Source of the DNA: an uncultured Bacteroidota bacterium
GTDB taxonomy: Bacteria > Bacteroidota > Bacteroidia > Chitinophagales > Saprospiraceae
Assembly (NCBI GenBank): GCA_903933805.1
Contig: CAIZLM010000076.1
Span: forward strand, 2,377-66,376
Reading direction: 5' to 3'
Length of the DNA: 64,000 nt
A program made the translations under genes and the position numbers. This document shows, piece by piece, positions 56,845-64,000 of the stretch. The notes below the pieces were generated by a model. That model was not told the origin of the DNA. It saw nothing but the letters and a program-made list of their open reading frames with translations, and ran no database searches. How positions within the stretch are numbered: position 1 is the first letter of the stretch; each line of letters opens with the position of its first letter.

Positions 56845-57906
56845 TCAACTTCTGGCATCGCTTTCCTTTTTCTTCAGCAAATACAAGAAAACCGGAAGGT
56901 GGTCACTGTAACCATTGATGAAAATATCACCCACGAAGGTGCGGAAAGGGTACCCACGGAAAGCACCTTCTGTTTGGAACAGCCAAGGCTGGCGAAAAAC
57001 AACCGCTTTGTACAGTTGCCAGCCACCGGCTTTTTTGTTTACCAGGCCTTTTGACACAATCATTTGGTCGAAAAGGTCCCAAGAATCTTTGTAGGCCAGC
57101 GTTCCATTGCCCGCTTTGTAGAGGTCGAACATGGGATTGTACAGGTCTCCGTTTTCGAGATCATCCGCATTGCGTCGCGCCTGCAGCACCTGGGTGAGAC
57201 TTTTGTTGTCGGGGTCGTCGTTGAGGTCGCCCATGACAATGATTTTGGCATTGGGGTCGAGTGTTTTGATGCTATCTGCCAGTGATTTACAGACACCTGC
57301 TGCTACGCCACGCGCCCAGGCAGAAGCTGATTCCCCACCCCTGCGGGAGGGCCAGTGGCCGACCATCACGTGCAAGGGTTCGCCATCAAATTTACCTGCA
57401 ACGTACAGAATATCGCGGGTGTGGTCTATATCCCCTGTTTTTGGGTCTTTCAGCGGGACAGGAACTGCGCGGCTACCCAAAACAGTGAAATATTTTGCTT
57501 GGTAGAGCAATCCCACGTCAATCCCGCGTTCATCGGGTGATTCGAAGTGTACAATTTGATACTGCCGATTTTTAAGGGCAGGTTGTGCCACCAGGTCTTC
57601 CAGCACTTTTTTATTTTCAATCTCCGCCACGCCCAACAACGCCAATCCATCTGGTGAAAGATCGGCTCCGAGCAGCGCGATAACTTTGGCCATATTGGCT
57701 TGCTTGGAAATATATTTTTCAGTGTTCCAACTTAGGCGACCTCCTGGCAGAAAGTCTGCGTCGTTGGTCGTGGGCGTATCAAGTGTGTCAAATAGGTTTT
57801 CAAGGTTGTAAAAACCTATAGAGGCCACCTTGTAATCACCGCCTTTTTGGCAAAACGCCAGCAATGGAAGGGTGAAAAAGAGTGTGAGGGTCAAAAATTT
57901 TTTCAT
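56845..57906 (-). CDS. endonuclease/exonuclease/phosphatase (EEP) family secreted protein
   Basis: ATG at 57906 (MKKFLTLTLFFTLPLLAFC). FYNLENLFD, GDLND and SDHLPV are EEP catalytic-motif positions. Confidence 0.75.
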   Translation of the reverse strand: MKKFLTLTLFFTLPLLAFCQKGGDYKVASIGFYNLENLFDTLDTPTTNDADFLPGGRLSWNTEKYISKQANMAKVIALLGADLSPDGLALLGVAEIENKKVLEDLVAQPALKNRQYQIVHFESPDERGIDVGLLYQAKYFTVLGSRAVPVPLKDPKTGDIDHTRDILYVAGKFDGEPLHVMVGHWPSRRGGESASAWARGVAAGVCKSLADSIKTLDPNAKIIVMGDLNDDPDNKSLTQVLQARRNADDLENGDLYNPMFDLYKAGNGTLAYKDSWDLFDQMIVSKGLVNKKAGGWQLYKAVVFRQPWLFQTEGAFRGYPFRTFVGDIFINGYSDHLPVFLYLLKKKESDARS

Positions 57907-58147
57907 GGAATACATCATGATCATGGCTGCTGAAGATGGAATACAACGTTGGAAAGCAAAGGAACGCTAAAAACATGGCAAAGCCAGTGTGTGAGACAGA
58001 AAATTAACAACACAATAGATGAGCGGATAAAAGTCCATTTGTCTATCTTTGGCGGCTTTTTGCAACGTTGAACGGCGTTACAGGGTAGGAACACGTGACC
58101 GTTTTTCCCAGAATAAAGTTTCGAATACATCTTTCCAATCTATCTGA

Positions 58148-60904
58148 ATGATCCAAAAATTTCTTTCCATCTGCCTGGTGCTCATTGTGGCCCAGACAAT
58201 CAGCGCTCAAACGGCGACCCTGCGTGGTACTGTTAAAGACGCTGACAACGACACACCACTCGCCGATGTTTCGGTGGTGGCCAGTGGTACGGGTATGTTT
58301 GCTGCCACCAACAGCAAGGGCGCCTATACGCTCGAAAACTTACCCATAGGCACTCAAACGATTGTCGTTTCCCGCAGTGGCTATCTCCCACAGGAAATTC
58401 GTTTCAACCTGCGGGCGGCCACGGCCAACGACTTGTTCGTAAGCCTGCGCCGCGATCCGGCGGCAGCCAACGGCATAGGCGAAATACCGACCATCACCCT
58501 CGAAGAAGCGGAAGCTGAAACAGAGGGCTCGGGTGGTGTCGCCAACCTGCTCAACGCCAGCCGCGATGTGTTTCAACAAGTATCGGGATTTGGATGGGGC
58601 AATTTCCGCTTCCGAGAGCGCGGTTACGACTCAGAACACTTCCCACTCTTTCTCAACGGCGTCAGCATCAACGACCCCGAAACAGGCAATGCCGTGTTTG
58701 GAGAAATCGGTGGCCTCAACGACGTGCTGCGCAACCGCGAAAGCAGTGTAGGCCTTGCCCCGTCTGAATTTACGTTTGCCGAAATCGGCGGCGCTACCCA
58801 ACTGGATACCCGCGCCAGCAACCAACGCAAACAAATCCGCGCTACCTACGCCACCAGCAATCGTACCTATACCAACCGCGCCATGATCACCATGAACACA
58901 GGCCTGATGCCCGGTGGTTGGGCCGTGAGCCTCTCGGGGAGCCGCCGCTGGGGACAAGAAGGCTATTTTGAAGGTACATTTTTTGACGGATACTCCTATT
59001 TTATGTCGGTTGACAAAAAAATTGGCCGGAAACACGCGCTGAATCTTACCTTCCTCGGTGCACCAAGCAAACGGGGCAAATTGGGCGATTCCTTCGACGA
59101 AATGTATGACCTCGCAGGTTCCCACCGGTACAACCCCAACTGGGGTTACCAAGACGGCGAAAAACGCAATGCAAGCGTGGGGCACAGCCACCAGCCCATC
59201 GGCATCCTACGTTACGACTGGCAGCCACTCCCCGGAACGTCCATTATGGCTTCCGTGTATGGTCAGGCCGGCAAACGGGGCGATACCCGGATTGAATGGT
59301 TTGATGCCGGCAACCCAGCGCCCGATTACAACCGCCGATTGCCGTCCGCCATTCTTGATCCGGCCCTCGCGGCGGAATGGGCCACCGCACTCCGCGCCGA
59401 CCAGAACCTTCGGCAGCTCGACTGGAACCGTTTTTACGACGAAAACACCAGAAATACCTTCACCGTGCACAACGCTGGAGGGATCGCTGGAAATGACGTC
59501 ACCGGAAACCGTTCCCAGTACATCGTGGAAGACCAACGCGCCGACAGCAAGGAACTCGGCGTCAATACCCTCCTCAAACAACAACTCAACGACCGTTCTA
59601 AAATGCAGGCCGGCGTCAACTATCGTTGGTACACCGGCCAAAATTTTAAAGTGGTTGACGACCTCCTCGGTGGCGACTATTGGTTGGATATCAACAAATA
59701 CGCATCCCAGGATTTCCCCGGACAACCCAGCCTCGAAGACAACAACCAACTCAAGCCCACCAATGTGGTGCGCAAGGGTGACGTTTTTGGCTACAATTAT
59801 CTGGAGAACATCCGCAATGGCGGCACTTGGATCCAATTCCAAACCGATTTAAACCGTTTTTCCCTGTTTGGTGGTGGCGAAATTGGTCTCACCCAATTCT
59901 GGCGCACCGGAAAAAGCCTGAATCCCCGTTTCCCAAACAATTCACTGGGTGACTCAGAAAAACAATCGTTCTACACCTACGGGGCAAAAGGCGGTCTGAC
60001 CTACAAAATCAATGGTCGAAATTACTTTTACGCCAATGGGTTTGTCGGAACACGTCCGCCCCAGTTTCGGGATATTTTCCTGTCGCCACGCAACCGCAAT
60101 TCGGTGGTGCCGGGTGGCGTCGATCCGTATGCCGTTCAGAGTGTAGAAGGCGGCTTCATCCACCGCGCACCTACCATGCGTGCACGCGTCACGGGCTACG
60201 TCACCAATTTTACCAACGAAACTGAGTCAAATATCTATTTCTTCCCTACACTGGGTGAATTTGCAACCCTGATCCGAACGGGTGTTGACCGCCAACACAT
60301 GGGCGTTGAGGCTGCTCTTGAGTACAAACCACACCCATCCTGGGTGCTGAATGCCGCCACCAACCTGGGCTATTACCACTATACATCGCGTCCCAATATG
60401 TTCTTTACCGGCGACAACACCGGCGCGGTTACCTTTGACAGCATTCTCGCGTATCAAGATAATTTTTTGGTGCCCAGAACGCCACAGACCGCCGCCTCTC
60501 TTGGGGTGAAATACGAAGGCAAACGATTCTGGTTTGCGTCCCTTTCATTCAACTGGACGGATGATTTTTGGTACACTTTTGACCCAACCCGCCGCCGTGC
60601 CGAAGCCGTGTTGAGCCTCGAACCCGGTTCCGACATCTGGAACACCATTGTGGCCCAACAGAAAGCCCCATCCGCATACTCGGTGGATTTCTTCGGCGGA
60701 AAATCTTGGAAAGTCAAAGAGGTGTTCCTATACCTCAATGTCGGCGTCAACAACATCCTCGACAACAAAAACATCATCGTTTCAGGCAGAGAAGCGTATA
60801 GAACGGCTTTCGGCCGTGAACCCGACAATGCACAACTTTACTCGTCTGAAATACAATACGCTCCCGGACTGAATTACTTTATTTCGCTGGGTGTACGCAT
60901 GTAA
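58148..60904 (+). CDS. TonB-dependent receptor with CarboxypepD_reg N-terminal domain
   Basis: Signal peptide. LRGTVKDADNDTPLADVSVV...GAYTLENLPIGTQTIVVSRSGY. Plug region (RFRERGYDSEHFPLFLNGVSINDPE). Barrel-sized remainder. Confidence 0.8.
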   Translation: MIQKFLSICLVLIVAQTISAQTATLRGTVKDADNDTPLADVSVVASGTGMFAATNSKGAYTLENLPIGTQTIVVSRSGYLPQEIRFNLRAATANDLFVSLRRDPAAANGIGEIPTITLEEAEAETEGSGGVANLLNASRDVFQQVSGFGWGNFRFRERGYDSEHFPLFLNGVSINDPETGNAVFGEIGGLNDVLRNRESSVGLAPSEFTFAEIGGATQLDTRASNQRKQIRATYATSNRTYTNRAMITMNTGLMPGGWAVSLSGSRRWGQEGYFEGTFFDGYSYFMSVDKKIGRKHALNLTFLGAPSKRGKLGDSFDEMYDLAGSHRYNPNWGYQDGEKRNASVGHSHQPIGILRYDWQPLPGTSIMASVYGQAGKRGDTRIEWFDAGNPAPDYNRRLPSAILDPALAAEWATALRADQNLRQLDWNRFYDENTRNTFTVHNAGGIAGNDVTGNRSQYIVEDQRADSKELGVNTLLKQQLNDRSKMQAGVNYRWYTGQNFKVVDDLLGGDYWLDINKYASQDFPGQPSLEDNNQLKPTNVVRKGDVFGYNYLENIRNGGTWIQFQTDLNRFSLFGGGEIGLTQFWRTGKSLNPRFPNNSLGDSEKQSFYTYGAKGGLTYKINGRNYFYANGFVGTRPPQFRDIFLSPRNRNSVVPGGVDPYAVQSVEGGFIHRAPTMRARVTGYVTNFTNETESNIYFFPTLGEFATLIRTGVDRQHMGVEAALEYKPHPSWVLNAATNLGYYHYTSRPNMFFTGDNTGAVTFDSILAYQDNFLVPRTPQTAASLGVKYEGKRFWFASLSFNWTDDFWYTFDPTRRRAEAVLSLEPGSDIWNTIVAQQKAPSAYSVDFFGGKSWKVKEVFLYLNVGVNNILDNKNIIVSGREAYRTAFGREPDNAQLYSSEIQYAPGLNYFISLGVRM

Positions 60905-60988
60905 TGGCCCCTATTCAGGCCATTCGGACGTTTTACCACCACTTTTGATCTTATTTAACGCTGATCTTCAACTATAAAACATTTGACC

Positions 60989-62419
60989 ATGTTTTTTACA
61001 AAAAATAAAACACGCAACAGCGGCCTCGTGCTCGCTTTTTTCTTGGCGATCGCTTTCACTGCCTGCGTCAAAACAGAATTTGACCAGCCTCCTACCGGCG
61101 GTGATGGCAAAGACATCCCCACCAACACCACGATTGCCGAACTCAAATCTCTCCGCGAAACTTCCGGCGGATTCGACCGCATCGCGGATGATCTCGTTAT
61201 TGGCGGCGTGGTTACCATGGACGATCGTACGGGTAACTACTACAAAACCATCGTTATCCAAGATTCAACCGGCGGTATCGAAATTAAATTTTCGAACGGG
61301 TATCTCTACAACCGGTATCCCGTTGGTCGTAAAATTTACATCCGTTGCCAGGGGCTGTACCTCACGGACTACAATGGTCTGATTCAAATGATCGGCGGAA
61401 CGGTCGAGGAAAATGGCCAGCTGAGCGATATTGGTATTACGGAAAATCAGGAGCGTGAAAAAATCGTGCGTGGTTTTCTTGGACAAGCGCTAACACCGCG
61501 CACGGTGAATATCACCCAGCTCAACCCCTCCCTTGTGAGTACCCTTATCACCATCGACGGGGTACAATTTGCCAAAGCAGACACCGCCAAAACGTGGGCC
61601 GATGCACCTTCTCAAACAAGCCTTAACCGAACGGTGGAAAACTGTGGAGGCATTCAATTGTTGGTGCGCAGCAGCGGATTCGCGGATTTCGCCATCCAGA
61701 AAACACCCGTCGGAAAAGGTTCCATCACGGGGGTATTGGGCGTCTATGGAACTACCTACCAACTCTATATCCGCGACACCAGCGACGTGAGTATGCCAGG
61801 CGCCCGTTGCGGCGCCAGTTCCGGCACCGAGACTTTGGTTGACATCAGTGGCATCCGTGCACTTTTTGCAGGCGCTACCACCTACATCCCCAGCGACCGC
61901 AAAATCAAGGGCATCGTCATCTCCGACCGCGTGGGCAACAACTTGAACAATAAAAATATTTACTTGCAAGATGGCACCGCAGGCATCGTGGTGCGTTTTG
62001 ATGCCACCCACAGTTTTAACCTGGGCGATGAGGTGGAGATATCCATTTCAGACGCGGAGTTGAGCGAATACAACAAACTCATGCAGGTGAACAACGTACC
62101 GCTGCCAAATGCTGTCAAAAAAAGCGCCGGCAACACCATCACGCCGCGCATTGCGACGGTCGCTGAAATCAACGCCAATTTCAATGCCTGGGAAAGTACC
62201 CTCGTAAAAATCGTCAATGTCAGCATCACCGGGGGGGCCACACTCTCCGGTACCCGCACCCTGAACGATGGCTCCGGTACCTTTCCGTTGTACACGAGTG
62301 CTTCCGCCACCTTCTCCGGTGTAGCAACCCCAGTAACCCCAGTATCTGTAACCGGCATCGTATCTGACTTCAACGCCAAGCAGCTTCTGATGCGCAATGC
62401 CGCAGATATCCAACAATAA
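60989..62419 (+). CDS. DUF5689-like surface lipoprotein
   Basis: ATG at 60989 with lipobox AFTAC. TIAELKSL...VIGGVVTMDDRTGNYYKTIVIQDSTGGIEIKF...IYIRCQGLYLTDYNGLIQM has the DUF5689 OB-like pattern, and a second similar unit follows. Confidence 0.65.
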   Translation: MFFTKNKTRNSGLVLAFFLAIAFTACVKTEFDQPPTGGDGKDIPTNTTIAELKSLRETSGGFDRIADDLVIGGVVTMDDRTGNYYKTIVIQDSTGGIEIKFSNGYLYNRYPVGRKIYIRCQGLYLTDYNGLIQMIGGTVEENGQLSDIGITENQEREKIVRGFLGQALTPRTVNITQLNPSLVSTLITIDGVQFAKADTAKTWADAPSQTSLNRTVENCGGIQLLVRSSGFADFAIQKTPVGKGSITGVLGVYGTTYQLYIRDTSDVSMPGARCGASSGTETLVDISGIRALFAGATTYIPSDRKIKGIVISDRVGNNLNNKNIYLQDGTAGIVVRFDATHSFNLGDEVEISISDAELSEYNKLMQVNNVPLPNAVKKSAGNTITPRIATVAEINANFNAWESTLVKIVNVSITGGATLSGTRTLNDGSGTFPLYTSASATFSGVATPVTPVSVTGIVSDFNAKQLLMRNAADIQQ

Positions 62420-62443
62420 GCGACGGCTCAGCAACCATGCTTC

Positions 62444-62485
62444 AAACAGCGTCATTCAACGTAAAGTTGGATGACGCTGTTTTTT
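62444..62485 (+). terminator. Rho-independent terminator
   Basis: 12-bp stem aaacagcgtcat / atgacgctgttt, 15-nt loop, running into T6. It lies 25 nt after the stop of CDS 60989-62419. Confidence 0.7.
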
Positions 62486-62510
62486 ATGGATGGTTAAACG
62501 ACGTGACTGT

Positions 62511-64000
62511 TTAGTCGCGCACTATTTTACCAGTGTACAAGGCCCCGTCCATGGAAAATCGATACAAAAACACCGAGCCAGGAGGTAGGCTGTTTGTGGT
62601 TACACGAACCGATTGAGGGCCTTCATCCAGGTCCAAACGCGCAGAATAAACACACTTGCCCTCCACCGTAAAAAGCTCCAGCAATGCCGGTCCGGACGTT
62701 TCCAAGGCAACATGGAAGTCCACCTGATCGCTGAAAGGGTTTGGGGATACGCTGCAAGACGGTGGTGTTTTTTCCCCAAATTGGCAGACAATGGGTCGGC
62801 GTTGCGGGGCGCCGTTTTTTTCCGACAAGTATGCTTCTGGTTGTAGTACTGCAGTGTTCAAATGCAGTGCCTGTGATAGCTTTACTGGTTGTAGGGCACG
62901 TACGCTGAGGGTGAATATCGGTTGCGATGGGCCTCGCCAGTGGGTATGGTCATACGCCAGTGCACGCAACGCATTGTCAGAAAGCAGGTAATTTTCCTCG
63001 GGTAGCCCGTCCACCGACAACAATTGCAACACAGAAGGGTCGGCTGAAAGGGCCAACTGCCAACCTTCGAGTGCCTCTTCATCGCCCAGACCAAACGCGA
63101 TGGTAGCTTCTTCTCCTGGACGAAGATGGGGGTTTGCGGCGTTGAGCGACAGTGCTTTTGCGCCGGATCGTTCGTCGCCATTTATTGCGTATGTTGCTGA
63201 ATAGTTAATATCCCCATATTTGATGCCTACGAATTCGAATCCGGGGAAGGATAGATCGGCTTGAAGGTTTGGGAGTAGAACTTGATAGGTGTCTTGTATT
63301 GCCGTAAAATTACTTAAAACAGCGGGATTGGCGAGTGGTTTGACCATCTTCCATGCGGGTACTAGGGGGAATGAATCGTAGATGCCGAGGATTAGTTTTC
63401 GCGTCTCCACAATATCGAACGTCGTGATGGAATTGCTGTTGTTCACGTCTGCGGCCTTCATTTGGTAGGCGTTGTCCAGCGACTCTATCCCGAGAATATG
63501 TTTTGAAATCAGCACCAAGTCAAAGGTAGTGACCCCATTGAGGGGGGCATCATGACGGTCGGCCCGTATCACCGCTTGGTAGTCGGCGCCGAAAGGCACC
63601 TGATTGATTTGAAGGGAGAAACAGGAGTCTGCGACTTGCACTGTTTTTACCTTGCTGAATGGCGATGGGGCGCCGGGAAGAGCAGTGATGGTCGTTTGCG
63701 CCCGGTAGTTGGGTAGTCGTGTGCCATTGGCAGCGCGGGCACAGCCGGAGAAACCCAAGTCTGAGTCTTCATTGCACGCACAAGCGGGGCTACTGGTTTG
63801 AACAATCGCATAGTTGCTGCAGGAATTGGTGAGTCCGTTTGCATCGCGCACCCACACTTCCAGCAGGTTCAATCCATCGTCGCAAATACCAAAACTTAAA
63901 CTTTGTTCGGTGGGGAATCCAGTGCCGGTACCCGCCCGTCGAATCCCCCGTTCAATTTGGTTGGTCGGCGTACAGTTGTCTGTCAACGACAGGATAAACT
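62511..64000 (-). CDS. T9SS type-A cargo protein, N-terminus outside window
   Basis: ORF open to the window edge. CTD is VSPNPFSDQVDFHV...ELFTVEGKCVY...LPPGSVFLYRF. The upstream part resembles cohesin/dockerin-like modules (weak). Confidence 0.75.
   Translation of the reverse strand, partial: FILSLTDNCTPTNQIERGIRRAGTGTGFPTEQSLSFGICDDGLNLLEVWVRDANGLTNSCSNYAIVQTSSPACACNEDSDLGFSGCARAANGTRLPNYRAQTTITALPGAPSPFSKVKTVQVADSCFSLQINQVPFGADYQAVIRADRHDAPLNGVTTFDLVLISKHILGIESLDNAYQMKAADVNNSNSITTFDIVETRKLILGIYDSFPLVPAWKMVKPLANPAVLSNFTAIQDTYQVLLPNLQADLSFPGFEFVGIKYGDINYSATYAINGDERSGAKALSLNAANPHLRPGEEATIAFGLGDEEALEGWQLALSADPSVLQLLSVDGLPEENYLLSDNALRALAYDHTHWRGPSQPIFTLSVRALQPVKLSQALHLNTAVLQPEAYLSEKNGAPQRRPIVCQFGEKTPPSCSVSPNPFSDQVDFHVALETSGPALLELFTVEGKCVYSARLDLDEGPQSVRVTTNSLPPGSVFLYRFSMDGALYTGKIVRD

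Noticed and set aside
58631-59852. Several 186-264-aa ORFs overlapping the TonB receptor gene on both strands
   Set aside because: The receptor frame has signal peptide, CarboxypepD_reg, plug and barrel features. The alternatives have none.

Overview
64-kb chromosomal window, roughly half G+C by eye, from a Bacteroidota-type genome. The hallmarks are porV, five type-A and one type-B T9SS C-terminal sorting domains, a SprB/HYR adhesin and CarboxypepD-type TonB receptors. I call about 40 protein genes. They include housekeeping genes (mtaB 5'-partial, a folB fusion, ppgK, pdxA, pepA, polA, bcp, dapD, mlaE). There is a T9SS-flavoured block: a 1,530-aa orphan, porV, a sigma-54 activator and two giant cargo proteins. 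There is also a TonB-receptor / DUF5689 / EEP-nuclease locus. I recognised no rRNA, tRNA or CRISPR. Two things stand out. (1) A ~160-bp element with terminal inverted repeats (GTAACTGGTTAGG...CCTAACCAGTTAC) and 8-bp target-site duplications is present in at least 22 full, shortened or fragmentary copies, all intergenic apart from two that clip a stop codon. (2) An ~11-kb low-GC mosaic island (34.3-45.3 kb) is cut up by seven of these elements. It carries a dabA-dabB inorganic-carbon pump operon, a DUF2490 gene, an acyltransferase-3 gene, an Rpn-type PD-(D/E)XK nuclease gene, decayed DUF1016 nuclease fragments, a thrice-repeated ~45-bp border motif and a duplicated gene 5' end. Other oddities are a 22 x ~48-aa two-cysteine repeat T9SS cargo protein, a FolB-CWC fusion, a Prx6-like protein with Trp in place of the peroxidatic Cys, and an NtrC-type activator with no DNA-binding domain. 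All family assignments come from motif recognition in the supplied translations. No database search was run.
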